This document shows positions 26,715-43,548 of a stretch of DNA of 64,000 bases, piece by piece. Position 1 is the stretch's first letter. Every line of letters begins with the position of its first letter. The position numbers were made by a program, and so were the translations under genes. This DNA comes from the human T2T-CHM13v2.0 reference genome, Homo sapiens, in assembly GCF_009914755.1 (NCBI RefSeq), contig NC_060936.1, one strand, 5' to 3'. Below the pieces are notes generated by a model. The model had not been told where the DNA came from. It made no database searches and worked only from the letters and a program-made list of their open reading frames with translations.

Positions 26715-27900
26715 CTGCAATGATTAAATTATAATAAATCATTAAAGTATCTTTTTCCCTTTAAAATGCTTCATCTGAATTTTAGATTAGTTATTAGCCA
26801 AAAAAAATTCACTTTATTTTTCACATCATATGTACAATAGCCATTTGATACTTAATAAGGTTAAACTGACTAATTCTAATTGACAGCAGTTATTTGCATG
26901 CTTATTTATAAGACTATTACATATGCTAGAAACTTCATTGTTATGATGAACATAAAATTTAATTAAGGTACTTTATTGAGATATTACAGTTTAGAATTAT
27001 ACATGTATGGTGGTACTAGATTTAGGAAGAATATGTAATAAATTATTTCTTTTATTTTGGTCCATTGACTAGCAGAGCATTAGGAGACTAATCTATAAGT
27101 CAGTTAAGTACAAAACTGGAATTTTAGAGGCCCAACTCAATAAATTACGAATATAAAATCCGCAGCTTATTAAAACAAAGAGAAAAAAACAGAAAAATTT
27201 TTACTCTTCAAGAGGATTAAGGTGAGTATTTTAAATTAAGTAATTCAATGGCAATTCACATAAATGACAAATCTTAAAATTACTGAAGAAAATCTACGTT
27301 TCCTGAAATGATTAAAAATGTACAGTTTTACTTGAAAAACTTCTTTATGTATATTTTAAATGTATTTGCAGTTTATTTAGATGAAAACTAAAATGAAAAC
27401 ACATTCAGTTTACATTATTTTCTGAATAATTTAATGAAGATGACAGATTTGATCACCTACTAATCAAATTCAAGATCTAGGTTAAAACAGAAAGTAATTT
27501 CTAATTTACCTTCAACCCTTTAACCATGCATTAAAGGCAATGAACTGAAAATTGATTCATAGATTATGTAACATGCACTTCAAAATAAAACCAAAAAAGT
27601 AAGAATAAAGAGATCATATAAGAGAATATATTGCTCATAGAACTACAATTAAATGCTTTTTATTTCCTTTCATATTCAGTGTACCGAAAGGTACCAACTA
27701 ATAATTAAATAGTGAATTCAAATTAACTATATCTGCTGTTCATTATTGGCTATTAGAAACATTATAGGAGAATAGAAAAATAGTGAAATTAGCAATAGAT
27801 TCATCATTCTATGCATTGCCCTCATAAAGAAATATTATTTAGAAAGCCCCCCAAACATACCAAATAATACACTAATCAAAATGCAAATTCTTCTAATTAC

Positions 27901-28035
27901 CTCTTCTAGTGATTTGCAAGTTGCCCGTGTTTCTAGAATTATTCGAATGTTCTCCTTAATTTTCCTTAGAGCGATCTCAAGTTGATTTGGAAGGGGCAAA
28001 CTAGGGTCAGGGATTGATCCTGTAGCTTCTTCAAA
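27901..28035 (-). CDS. CEP290: CEP290 exon 34 (135 nt)
   Basis: FEEATGSIPDP...CKSLEE; tag|, |gtaatt. Confidence 0.97.
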
Positions 28036-28252
28036 CTATTAAGAAATAGTATGTTTTTTAAAAAAGCAGTTGCAGCATTGAGAGTAACTATTAATTTTTA
28101 CAGCTGTATGATAAAACATAGATTAAACCCCTCTTATATTTTAAATATACAATATAACATCAATTAAAATTACATCTGATACAGGAAATATTTCTGTGAG
28201 TTAACACTCTAGACTATGCTACAGAGTAACAAACAAGATTAATCATTCATAC

Positions 28253-28360
28253 CTTTTGTGCCGCATTTAGTATTTCATTTTGCTGACGGTCAAAAATGTC
28301 TAGTTGGCGTTCCAGGTCAACTTCTCTTTGATCCCAGGCCATTTGTCTTTCTTCATGAAA
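28253..28360 (-). CDS. CEP290: CEP290 exon 33 (108 nt)
   Basis: FHEERQMAWDQ...LNAAQK; tag|, |gtatga. Confidence 0.97.
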
Positions 28361-28566
28361 CTAAAAAAAGGACAATTTGTGTCAGACACATACACGAAGA
28401 CATCAGGCACATAACAGGCATTTTATATATATTTTCTTATCTAATCCTCACAACACATTGAAGAAACTGTAATTATTTTCCTTTTATGGAAAAAAATACA
28501 AACTCAGAGAGGTGAAGTAACTTGTGTAAGATCACAAAGGCAGATGTGAAGTAAGGATTTCAGTCT

Positions 28567-28614
28567 ATCCATCCATCCATCCATCCATCCATCCATCCAT
28601 CCATCCATCCATCC
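28567..28614. repeat. (TCCA)n microsatellite at an L2 tail
   Basis: ~12 tandem tcca units. Confidence 0.95.
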
Positions 28615-29328
28615 GTTCAGCTATACGAAAGATATTTGATGACATATATTATGTGCCAAGCATCATTCTAGGAAATACAAACATGGCAGTAAACAAAACC
28701 AAGTCCGTGTCACCACGGAACTTACATTCTGGCGAAGGAAAGACAGTCAATAATAAACCAGTAAGTATGTAATACGTCAGAAGGTTACAAGCACTTTGGA
28801 GAAAAATTAAGTTAATTAATCTCTATTTAGGAATCTGGATAGTAGGATTTACTGTTGTATATTAGGTGGCTGGTGAAGGATTCACTGATAAGGTAAGACA
28901 TTTGAGCTAAGACCTGCAGGCACTGACAGTGTAAATACCAAAGGTATCTAGGGTAAGAACAATTTAAGCAGGGGGAACAATCTCTGAGACAGTCATATGT
29001 TTGACGAATTTCATCTGTCTCTGAAGCATATACTTTATTCTATAAGAAGCTGACTTCTTACTCTATCAGTGAGAGCCAGTAGAAACGTGGAACTGTGAAA
29101 AGTCAAATAACCAATATCAAAATAAAAATTAACTTACCAAATGAGGTTGCTTATGTATTGCCGTTTTTAAGATTAAGACTACTGTTATAAAAGCTAAATA
29201 AATATGAATTTTTAGAATAGTTTAGAAAATAAAAAACAAATTATTATATAATCAATTAGTAATGGAAGGTGCACTTAATTAGAAGGATAACATAGTCATT
29301 TGTGCAATATTCTTGTTTAAAATCTTAG

Positions 29329-29822
<494 letters not shown>

Positions 29823-30589
29823 CTAAGATTTACAATTTATATACACAAATATAAATGCTATATTAACAAATAACATTCCTCCATTGATGATAATGATTTT
29901 AATTGAAAGTAATGGCCATTCTAAAATAAAATAAGACACAATGTTATCTTTTGTCAAACTACATGACAAAATCTTATTTAGGATTTCCATAGACTTTTCT
30001 ACAAATATGTGGGATTTTACAATAAAAATCTTCAAATTATGTTGGAATGGACATCACTAATATTCACTTTCATTTGTTATACGTTTATTGAACACTGACT
30101 ATAAGCAGGTCATTGGAACTTTGGTATTACTTTCAAAAACAGAAATCCTAAATGTTTCTAGCCTAGAGAACAGGATGTAGTTGCAAGATAATTATTTTTC
30201 ATTTAATTCTTTCTAAATGAAGATTAAACCATATTAAAAGTAAATGTGGGCCCACTACTTGTAGATCAAAGATAATTATGAACAGTAGAAATCAACTGAT
30301 AACTACTACAATGTTTAAATATAATAATTAGTGTTTAATTAATATAAATTTTCCTATAGTAATTAAAATTCTTTGCTATTATACAATCTGAACATTCCCA
30401 CTAAAATCTTTGGTTAGAAAAGCCTAATTTTATTTTTACGTATAATAGACATTCAAATAGCCAACACTGCTAAGTTATAAAATCTAAATTAATGAATCAT
30501 AATTGGAATTTGTATCTTAAGCATTTTTCATATAGGCATATATTAAGAAATTATCATGTAACTCTTTTGAAGATAATGAATTTAAAATT

Positions 30590-30892
30590 GGCTGGGCACA
30601 GTGGCTCATGCCTGTAATCTCAGCACTTTTGAGAGACCAAAGCAGGAGGATTACTTGAAGCCAGGAGTTCAAGGCCAGCCTGGGTGACAAAGTGAGACCT
30701 TGTCTCTACAAAAAAATTTAAAAATTTTAAAAAATTAGGTAGGTATGGTGGTGTGCACCTGTACTGCCAGCTACAACTACTCAGGAGGCTGAGGCTAGAG
30801 AGTCCCTTGAGCCCAGGAGTTCCAGCTATGTTTGCACCACTGAACTCCAGCCTGGGAAACAGATCAAGATACTGTCTCTTAAAAAAAAAAAT
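30590..30892 (+). mobile_element. AluJ
   Basis: Diverged Alu ending ~18 nt from exon 31 donor. Confidence 0.92.
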
Positions 30893-30909
30893 CAAGTTTA
30901 AATGTTTAC

Positions 30910-31365
30910 CTTTTGGGCTCCTTTGGTATCCTTTAAAGTGCTTATTAACTCTTCCAGGCCCTTTAATTTTAATTCCATCTCCAATGTTTTGTTCTCCATA
31001 TTTCTATGTTCTTGTTGAGAATTTTTCATTTCTTGCATTATCTTAAGTTTGTCATTTTGTAGTTGAATCATTGTTTTGGAGAACTTTTCCTGTTGTGCCA
31101 AGGGTAAAGCTCCACTAAACTGTCGTCGTAGAGACTGAATTGTTTGGCGCAGATGTTTTGCTCTGTTTCTTCCCTCCAAACGAGCATAATAGAGAGCCTG
31201 TTCTTTTTCATCAAGTTTCTGCTCTAAGCGCAAGTTGTAGGCCTCCATCTTCTGCAGTTTAGATGTAATTGACTCCAACTTACCAAGAGCAGTAGCCTCA
31301 CTCAGTTGAAGAGAGACATTATGTTGGTGCAACTTGGCAATGAGCGACTTTTCATCAGACTGTGC
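30910..31365 (-). CDS. CEP290: CEP290 exon 31 (456 nt)
   Basis: AQSDEKSLIAK...DTKGAQK; cag|, |gtaaac. Confidence 0.97.
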
Positions 31366-31579
31366 CTGATATTAAAAAAATATATATTTGTAGTAAGTTT
31401 CAAATTTTTCCAGTGAAAGTTATCACAGATTTAAAATTCACAATTTACTAAGCAAAGTTTTAACACAGTGGCACATGAGATCTACAAAAATGTAACTTTG
31501 CTTTAATACAAATAATTACCAAAGAACTGTAAAAGAAAAAACCTAGAATCAAACAAACTTAAAATCCAAATGTAACTGA

Positions 31580-31900
<321 letters not shown>

Positions 31901-32226
31901 TGTTACAGTTTTTTTTTAACCTCCATTGCAAGTAACATAATACTGATCAGGACAATGTGTATGTTTTTATAATTCCCAACATATATAACGTAAGAATATG
32001 TAAAAAGTTACATATAAATACAAGAGAAAATATTGTTATTAAAGATTTACTAACTACAATTCTCAGTGTCCTAATTTTGATCAGCAGCATAATTCATCTA
32101 TAGGCATTTAAATGCTGTACTGGATTACTGAACAATATTTCAAATTAAAGAGCTTTCTAATCAGGTTCCAACTAACAAGAATAACAGCCTCTGGTTGGTA
32201 TATCTTTTGATTAAAAATGTAACAAT

Positions 32227-32520
32227 GGCCCAGCATGGTGGCTCATACCTGTAATCCCAGCATTCTGGGAAGTCAAGGTGGGCAGATCATTTTAACCCAG
32301 GAGTTTGGGACCAGCCTAGGCAACATGGTGAAACCCTGTCTCTACAAAAAATGCAAAAAAATTAGGTGTGGTGGCACGTGCCTGTAGTCCCAGCTGTCTA
32401 AGAGGCTGAGGTGGGAGGATCACCTGAACCCAGGTGGTGAAGGCTGCAATGAGCCTTGAATGTACCACTGCACTCCACCCTGGGCAACAGAATGAGACCC
32501 TATCTCGAAACAAACAAAAA
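32227..32520 (+). mobile_element. AluJ
   Basis: Full diverged Alu. Confidence 0.92.
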
Positions 32521-32604
32521 GTATAACATATCCCACTCCCAACATCTAATGTAAATTTAGGGAAAAAAGTGGATTCTATGTAGAAGAGCCAATACTGCAC
32601 ATAC

Positions 32605-32716
32605 CTGATAGTCTAGCAGTTGCATTCTGAGGGACTCTACTTCCTTGTCCCTAGATTGTTGTTGTGCATTCAAAATTTCAACTTGTCTTCTGGCAATATC
32701 AGAAATCTCTCTCAGT
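32605..32716 (-). CDS. CEP290: CEP290 exon 30 (112 nt)
   Basis: LREISDIARR...QLLDYQ; tag|, |gtatgt. Confidence 0.97.
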
Positions 32717-33729
32717 CTAGGAAATGATAAGGTATTTCAGGAACAATTAAGTACACTTTCTAAGTAAATGCCAAAATTCAAAATTTCTAGACCCTTTTTC
32801 AAAAAGCCATTCGTTTTCAGCATCTATCTCTTCTTTGTATGAAATATTAAAACAGGATTTCCTAAACTGTTTCATGAAACATAATTCCATCAGAGGTTAT
32901 CATGTTTGCTATATAAAAAAAACTTCATTCTCAACATCCCTCCTCCCTCTTGAATATTCCTAACATATATTCAGTGCTCCCAGAGGTTCTATCATATATA
33001 ATTATCTCAAATCATACTTACTATATAGTATTTTCCAAATGTATATAGCCAAAGAACTTCTGTTCCCATACTTTTTTCCATAAAACATTTATTGTCATAA
33101 TTTGGAATATGCTAGGATAAGGTATTTAGTACATTTATCTAAGACCATCACACAGTTAAGAACACAGAAATGTAAAATTTCTAGGATCCTTAGATGGATT
33201 AATGCATGTTTTGATTTGTTTTAATCTACAAGTTATCAGTAATGTGAAAAGAAACAAAACATGCATTTAATAAAATTACAAAAAAAAAAAAAAGAGATAG
33301 CCTAATGGTAATAAGTCCTTCAAATTCCCTCATGAATACTGTGATAAGCTAATACAGGCAAAGCAAAATGTAAAGTTTCTTTGCTTTGGGTTAGAATAAT
33401 TTTAGTTCAGTATTATAGATAAGGCAGGTTTCCTCATACTGATGAGAGGCTCTCATTGCCAGTTGCATGATTAACAAAATATGATTAAAATGAACTATTA
33501 TAAGTTAGTTTATATCAAAAGAGGTCCATGAGAAGAAAGGATCAATTTTTTTAAAAAAAAGGGTCTTTCATAGTGAAAAAGATGTCAAAAACTGATATTC
33601 CCAAGAGAACTATCAAGGCTCCAAAGGAATGGTTATATTTTTATGAGTAGGCCATAAAATATTTTTACTATTTATGCTTGACAGATTAACTAAGTGCTCC
33701 TTATACTTTTCTACTGAAATATCACCTAA

Positions 33730-33996
<267 letters not shown>

Positions 33997-34556
33997 TAGC
34001 TGGGCATATTTCTTCATGTAAAATGAAAACAAAAATATAACCTCAAGGTTAAGTATAATTGTACAAGTCAATATATGTTTAATACCTTGCACCGTGACTA
34101 GTACATAGTAGATGCCCGATAAATGTAAACTAAATCAAAATCTGAATTTTTTATTATATTCTTACAGCAACCTTATGAAACAGGTAGAAGAGGTACTATT
34201 ACTCCCTTATTAAAATGAAGAAACTTAAGTTTAAATACAATAAACAACCATTCCTCCTCCATCACCCCTTCCCCAAAAAATCAATATGTGGAGGAACTGG
34301 ACCTTTCTGCAATAATATTCCTGAACTCTAAAAAATGCAAATCTTGAGAGGTCACTTCCTCTTTAACAATATTATTCTCGTCAATATTATTATTTAACCC
34401 TGTTAAAACCGATCTTAATATTACTTAATCCTGTTCTTATAAAAAGAAATCAGTATCAATTACTACTAAGAATTGTATACCTGTAATTGGGTTTCTTAAA
34501 GACAAATTAAAGAAGATACATCTAGTCAAATGGCTAAAATGCTTATATGCACTTAC

Positions 34557-34708
34557 TTTGACACTTCAACTTTTAGTTCCATTTCATTCTTCTCTAATTC
34601 TAGAATCCGTTGCCTATCAGCATCACTTACTGCCTTGCTCACACTATCAGCTAATTCATCTCTTAACATCTGTTCCACCTTCTGTGCATCCAAATTGATT
34701 TTGGTAAG
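34557..34708 (-). CDS. CEP290: CEP290 exon 29 (152 nt)
   Basis: LTKINLDAQK...KVEVSK; tag|, |gtaagt. Confidence 0.97.
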
Positions 34709-35645
34709 CTAAGGAAATGTAACAAAAAATGTTCAGATACATCAATTTTTGGTGAGGTTTTCTTTGTAATTTAGCTTTTAAAGTACTGCAATCCTCTTTA
34801 CTTGGCCTTAGTTCACATATTATATTAAGTGTGAAGTGTTAAGAACAGACTGAAGGAGGGTAAAAAATATGAAAGAATCAGAAACAAACTATGGAAACTC
34901 TGGTTATATTCCAATCCACCAAAAGTCATTTTTATTAGGCAACTCATTATCTAATAATATCTGAACTTGCAATATTCTTACTTTGCTTAGAATGCAATCT
35001 GCTCATTATATTTTACTTCAATTGTATCATCTATAAATAAATCCAAATGAGTTAATAAAATCTTACTCATATAGATTTAGTGACATAGTTAAAACAAAAA
35101 TGATATAAATGCTTTGAAAATATATTAAATCTCAAGGTAAGCAAACACTGTAAGAGTTGTGTTTAATCATAAATTGTTAAATACTTGCAAACTATATTTA
35201 CTGCCACACAGTTTAATGATTCTGACCACATCAAAAATATATAAAACCACCAATTAGAATGTAAAGTCCCTGAAAGTAGAGATTATTGTCTATTTTGTTT
35301 CTTGCTATACTGCCAGTCCCAACACAGGGTCTGACATGTAATAGGCAATGAATAAATATTTGTTAAATGAAGGGATGGTGGTGAAAGGCAATTCCATTGT
35401 TTAGTAAATAACATTTCATAAATTAAATCTAATAATATAACATTGGTGAGAAAAACTTACAGAAATATCTGCTTTCCTTTTAAACAATTCAGATTTAAAT
35501 CTTTTATTTATTTATTACACAAAACATAGGCACTATATTAATAAGATATTTCAGAGATCCAGACAAACCACTTAACAATAATACAATGTCTACCAAAACT
35601 AATTCTTTATTCTATAATTGTATGATAAAACTTATAATATCAAAC

Positions 35646-35851
35646 CTCAGCAAATTTGGTTTCCAATTCAAAATTACGTTCCTCCATTTGCTTTAACGAA
35701 GTCCGTAAGTGTTCATACATTTTTTGACAATGTTCAGCCCGCTGCCTTTCATTTAATTCCTTCATTTCCAGCATAGTTATTTTTTTTGAAATGGAAACAA
35801 TGTCACTGTTGGTTATTGATTTCTTTGCCTTATCCATGCTAGATTCATTAC
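35646..35851 (-). CDS. CEP290: CEP290 exon 28 (206 nt)
   Basis: GNESSMDKAKK...ETKFAE; tag|, |gtttga. Confidence 0.97.
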
Positions 35852-37925
35852 CTACATGCAATAATATTTAAGTCAATCTCATGCTGTTTATATTAAAATT
35901 ACCTCAGATATTTTAGATGCTGTATATTAGAAAGCATTATAGTTCCATGGAAAGCACATTAGCTTTCTGAATTCCATCAGACCTGGACTCTAATCTTAGC
36001 TCTGTTACTTCCTGCCTGTGTGATGCCTGTACCATTTAATCTCTGTGGAACTTAATGTTCTTCATCAATCAAATGATTAAAAAAAAAAACCTATTCCTCA
36101 CAGAATTGTGGAACTAACAACATAAAGGACTTAGTGTAGAAGTGTCACATATAAGAAATTTTAAAAATGGCAAGTAAACATTTTACTGAAAGGAGATAAA
36201 CTGTATGAGAAGCAATGCAGTAAAGCAATGTGACTTTGTGAATATAAGTGCAATGACTTGATTTTTAAAGTCTCACAAAGCCAAGCTGAAAAGTAAAATC
36301 TGAAGCCATATGATGGATAGATTCTACCAAATATAATCTTGTCTAATCATGAGTATTATTTGGTCTTTGTACAGACCTAATATCAAATATTTTACATTCT
36401 TTTATTAGTAGTTATGCCTTAACCTTATATATGCAGTTACGCAGCTTGTCTTTGGACACAAAAGTCTGTGGCTAAATGGAAAGAGAACTAAAAGCCTCAA
36501 TTTACCATAAAAAGGCATCGCATAGGAGTGTCATTAGTCATTTTTTGAGGGGGGGGAAGAAAACATACTTTTGCTTTGTAAACATGGTCTAGAAAAAAAA
36601 CAAAATTTGGTAGAGTGTTTTGCTTTTCAGCAACTTAAAACTGATGTGTTTAGGGTAGCCAATTACTTAAAGGAACTAAGCAGCAACTCACTTTGTAAAT
36701 AGCCTTTTACAATACCAATAATGCCCCCTCCTGTTTTTCCAGCTTCATAAGTTCAAGTTTTATAACTGAGTTTTCTCAAAGTAATATACATTTCCTGAAA
36801 AAAAAATTGGTCTCTATCTCAGTTTTAAAAAGTACTTCATTATGTTCTGTATTTATCTTTAAAATGTATTATTTTAGAATAGCTGTGGCAAGCAGTAATC
36901 AAGTAACTAACAATAATGGATCACTAACAGGTGCTAAAAGCATTAGTAAATCAGTTCATTATGGAATAAAGACTCATTCAAGTAACCTTAGGCACCATGT
37001 AGAAAAATACTGCAATAAATACCAATATATAAAGGAGTCCTTCTCCATTCTGTATTGTGCTAAACTCTGATTAGAAGAGAAAAGCACATCACAAAGGCTG
37101 AAGCAGACTAGCCATCTTGTATGTTTTTGGGTTTGGAGTTTTCTTAAAGAGAGGGTAGAGCACAACAGCCCAACACTAACAAATTCCTAGATGAAAAAAA
37201 GCTAATGATGTGACATTTTTAAACAAAGATATAAGGGCAACAGGGAATAGGGAAACACTCTTAAAACTTCGGTGATATAAATCCATATATGAAAGAGATC
37301 AAGATATGTAAAAATTAAAGAATTTCTGTAGGGAATTCAGCATTTATTAAAAATAAAGATGATAAAATAAAAAGAACCTACTAAAATTGTACGTAATACT
37401 CTCATGTCTTCATTTAAATGGTACCTTCTTCCATGCAAATACTACACAAAAGTCAATTCATATTTAATCTCTTATTGAGCTAAAAATTACATTTCTAAAA
37501 GTAGCTTATGTAAGATTTCCCAGTGTTAGGCTTCTCTAAACCAAGTATCTCATTACCAATTTAAGAGAACAGCTCTATTTAGTAATAAAAACCTTGAATA
37601 GCTCTAACGTCTAGGAAACAAATACATGAAAATACATTATCGAAAGCAGCAAATTTATTTGAAAATTATGAAGCACAATATATGAGATAAAATTATGAAA
37701 ATCTTATAAACTATATAACTGTTTGAAAAATTAATATGGAAAACTCTAATGAGAGCAACAAAGATTTCAATACCTTCTGAGACAGTAATATCTCTGTTAG
37801 ATATACATGAAAATGTTCACTGTGGCACTATAAGCAATAGCAAAAATATAAAAAGCTAGTGATTTAATCACTCAAACACATTAGGCTATTGTATAAGTAT
37901 TTATAAGTATGATGAATAAAACAAA

Positions 37926-38217
37926 TTTTTTTTTTTGAGACGGAGTCTCACTCTTATCGCCTAGGCTGGAGTGCTGTGGTATGATCTTGGCTCACTGCAA
38001 CCTCTGACTCCTAGGTTCAAGCAATTCTCCTGCCTCAGCCTCCTGAGTAGATGGAATTACAGGCAACTGCCACCACGCCTGGCTAATTTTTGTACTTTTA
38101 GTAGAGATGGGGTTTTGCCATGTTGGCCAGGCTGGTCTCGAACTCCTGACCCCAGGGGATCTGCTCTCCTCAGCCTCCCAAGTGCTGGAATTACAGGTGT
38201 GAGCCACTGCGCCGGCC
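37926..38217 (-). mobile_element. AluS
   Basis: Full Alu. Confidence 0.95.
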
Positions 38218-38758
38218 ATAAAAATATTTTTGATATTACTATCTAAATACAGTATAAAACCATGTTTATAATAATTTAAAATATATAAAATATGTAAGCA
38301 TATAGGAGCAAAAATATACAGTAATATAGTAGTAAAACTATGAGAAATACAACTTCTTTTCACATTTTCTTTGCTGTTTCCTGGTATCTTTTAATTTAAA
38401 AATATCAAGTGATATATAACTAATATAACTTGCACTCAGTGAAAGAACTCATAATACCATTAATAAAATATCATCAGTTTTAATTGTTAAACGGTTCAAA
38501 GTAGCTAATACTTAGTCATAAATTTTTAACATATATGATTTCATTAGAAACAAATCTAACTTAAGGACTGAAAACTAAACTTTGGTGGGGTTAAGTACAG
38601 GATTATTCATCTGCCTAAGTTAAATTATTAGGCAGAAAGTTCTTTCTTTTTTTAGTCAAAATACTTCCTTTTAATCTAGCATAAAAAAGGAACTTTAAAT
38701 AAGAAATATTCATTATTAGATGTTAATCATTTTATATTATCAGAGTCATAAAACTTAC

Positions 38759-38870
38759 CTAATTTAGTTTCCTGTTCCCAGGCTTGTTCAATAGTGTGAA
38801 GTTTTTCCTTGGTAATCTCCAGTTCTTTATTTATAGACTCCACTTGTTCTTTTAAGGAGATGTTTTCACA
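38759..38870 (-). CDS. CEP290: CEP290 exon 27 (112 nt)
   Basis: CENISLKEQV...EQETKL; cag|, |gtaagt. Confidence 0.97.
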
Positions 38871-39071
38871 CTGAATAAAGGAAAAATATCACTAAGAAAC
38901 TACATTGTAATTCAGACCAATACCACAAAATGACATTGTCTTAACTTTATATAACATCTCCTTAAAACTCACAATCCAGTTTTTTACAAAATTAGAATTT
39001 CCTCCATATATAATACATGTATGCATACAAACACATACATATATATATAATACTTGTATACATATACATAC

Positions 39072-39446
39072 TGATATGGTTTGGCTGTGTCCCTACCCAA
39101 ATCTCATCTTGAATCATAGTTCCCATAATCCTCATATGTCATGGGAGGGATTTGGTGGGAGGTAATTGAATCGTGGGGGTGGTTTCCCCCACGCTATTCT
39201 CATAATAGTAAGTTCTCACGATGTCTGATGGTTTTATAAGGGGCTTTCCCCTTTGCTCGGCTCACATTCTTCTAATTCCGGCCACCATGTGAAGAAAAAT
39301 GTGTTTGCTTCCCCTTCTGCCATAACTGTTAAGTTTTCTGAGGCCTCCCCAGCTCTGTGGAACTGTGAGTCAATTAAACCTCTTTCCTTTATAAATTACC
39401 CAGTCTCAGGTATTTCTTCATAGCAGCATGAGAACGGACTAATACA
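39072..39446. mobile_element. THE1/MST (MaLR) solo LTR
   Basis: tgatatggtttggctgtgtcc...ggactaataca; 5-bp TSD catac. Confidence 0.92.
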
Positions 39447-39454
39447 CATACATA

Positions 39455-39474
39455 CATATATATATACACACACA

Positions 39475-39512
<38 letters not shown>
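39455..39512. repeat. (TA)n(CA)n microsatellite
   Basis: Direct observation. Confidence 0.95.
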
Positions 39513-39518
<6 letters not shown>

Positions 39519-39897
39519 CAATGTAAAATATTATTTTAAAATAATCATCCAAATCCTGTGTTATCCAATATACGGCCTCAATTTCTGAGTATTAGCTTCT
39601 GCCACTAAAGCTGTACATTCATTTTGGCCAAAACTCTTAGAATACTCAAGAGTTTTGCAGCCTTCACAAACTAGTGCTTACTTCCTTCATGCACACAGTT
39701 GCTGAGCATCCTAGTGTGCCATCAGTGACAGATGATGATGTTTATAGTGAAAAGAAATATAAAATTCTGGCCTTCAGAGTTCTGCCCATTCAGTGCCTAT
39801 GTGTGTGTGGGTGGGTGGCAGGATTTCGCCAGAGTGTGGAAGGCAGCAGATAATAAGCAAGTAAACAAACAAAAAGTCTACTAAAAATGTCAATGTT

Positions 39898-40192
<295 letters not shown>

Positions 40193-40200
40193 TCAGTATC

Positions 40201-40494
<294 letters not shown>

Positions 40495-40499
40495 GTTGA

Positions 40500-41260
40500 C
40501 ATTTAGAAAGAAAATAAAAACAGAGTACTGAGCCAGTGAATAATAGAAAGGAACATTTAGATAGAGCGGTTGAAGGATGTCTTAACCACCAAATAATTGA
40601 TATTTAAGCTGAACTGTGAGGTACGAAGTATTTATTAGTAAACCCAGATGCTCCAAAGGAAGAAAGCATTTGGAATACTATAAGATCTGAGAGGAAAAAA
40701 TGATTGAAATGATTGGAGCAGGAAATGATTTGGAGGACTGGAGCACCCAAGCAGAGTAAGCAAAAATAAGAGTCAATAGTAGTAAAACATGAAGTTGGAG
40801 AGACCATCAGGGGCCACACCAGGCAGGGCATGGCATGCCAAGACAAGGAACTGGAATTTAACTTAACGTATAAAAGAAAACAATTTAAAGATTTTAAGGA
40901 GGAAGTTTTAAACAATCATTCTGGCTGCACTGTGGAGAATAAAGGGGTCAATAGAGAAATCAGGGAAACTAGCCAGAAAGACATTGTGGAACTCCAGATG
41001 AGTGATGATGCTGGTTTGGACAAGGGTTAGAGCTGCGAGGATGAAGAAGACACACATAAATTACATTTGGAAAACAAAAATGGTAGGGAAAAAGAATGAC
41101 TACAGAATAACTCTAAAGTATCTGCCTTGACTAGCTGGTTAGGTAACTGAACATATATTGAAATAAGAATGACTAGGAGAGAAACAGAAATCAGGAGTTC
41201 ATTGTGGACACGTTAAATTTGAGATCCCCTTGAAACACAGGAATTGTAAAGTAGGTAATT
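40500..41260 (-). mobile_element. L2 body fragment
   Basis: gggccacaccaggcaggg...tcattctggctgcactgtggagaat; approximate bounds. Confidence 0.65.
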
Positions 41261-41870
41261 CTGTACAACAGAATAGAGCTGTGAGGAAAAAGGCTGGCGA
41301 TATAACATAAATATATATCTTAAGTTCCTTTATTTTTTATTTGAAAAAACAGAATGCCTATTTACTACATGCCAGGTACTCTAAGCAATGGATTTCAGTG
41401 ATAAATAAATTATATCCTAGAACTTATATTTGAGTGGAGTACCTGGAAAATAAGCCAATATATAATACAATGTCAGGTATTAAGTGTTATGAAGAATAAT
41501 ACAAACAGGGTAATGAGACTAAAAAGAGGACATGCTATGATTAAATAAGCACGATAAGGTAATAATAATATATTTTTTAAGTAAAGTACATAATTATAGT
41601 TTTATATACTATGAATACACAGGAGGGAAAACAGGAGGCTGAGGGTGTTTTAAATATCTTTCTATCCATTTTTTTCTTCCTTTCATCCTTTTTCACAGGA
41701 TAATCCTATTGTTTGTTACAAATCTCTTTTTCTCCCACCTACCCTGATATTTTGCTATTTCCCTTATTACCACTTTCATCTCTTATCTTCATCACTCTCT
41801 CCCTAGTAACTCTAAATTTTCTTTCCCTCCTCCTGAAACTTCACTGGTCTCCTTTAAAAAAAAAAAAACA

Positions 41871-42186
<316 letters not shown>

Positions 42187-43072
42187 TCAATCTACATCTA
42201 TTTCTTTTTTCTTCTACTATCAAATTTCAAGTTTTTCTTTTGCTTTATTACCCATCCAGTTTTTGTATTTCCTTATTATCTATTCCATTCTTCACACATG
42301 AAATCTGATTTTCGTGACCTCTAGTCTCATGAACCTTTACCTCTCAAAAAGCAACAATAATTTCCTAAGCACCATATTTGACACCACATGCACTGTGGCT
42401 CTCCACCACTAATCACTCTCATGTATTAGCTTGAACTCTGTGCCAAACAGGAGATACTCAACACACAGAAACAAATTAAATAGTTCCTTATATCAAAAGA
42501 CTTATATTCCATTAAGGAAGACAGATATGTAAACACATATAATTTGATGTGATATAAATATGTACTATGTACAAAACCTATGTATAAGATGCAGAACTAG
42601 TGTAGACAGGAGTGACTTTGTTCCATTAAAAAAAGTATGCTTAAGAAAAAAAAGGTAATGCCTGAACAAGTTTTGAAACAGGAATAGAAATTCACTGAGC
42701 AAAACAACTGGAAGAGAGAAATGGTTCCCTATATATAGAAAAGAGCACGTACAAAAGAACATACATAAGAAAGAACACTGTGGTCAGAAAACTCAGCTAG
42801 TTCATCTCTTGCTTTAGATGACATGAGGTAAGTAGGGGACTTGACTTTTACCCTTCAGGTAACCGGTAGCTTTTGACAGTTTTTAAGGCGGGGAGTCACA
42901 TGGGAGTCACAGGGTAGGATTCATGTTTAGAATGATCATTCTTGTGGCAGTAAGGAGGATGTAAGACTGGAGATAGAGACAGGAATAATGGCTGCCACAA
43001 TAAAGATAATAAAAAATAAAACTAAGACACTGCCAATAGGGATAGGTATGAGATATTCACAATTACAACTGG

Positions 43073-43548
<476 letters not shown>

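Noticed and set aside
27510-29181. Other AG...GT pairs in introns (e.g. ~27510-27544, ~29138-29181, ~22633-22672, ~11816)
   Set aside because: Weak acceptors or non-triplet lengths without extra signals; expected by chance.
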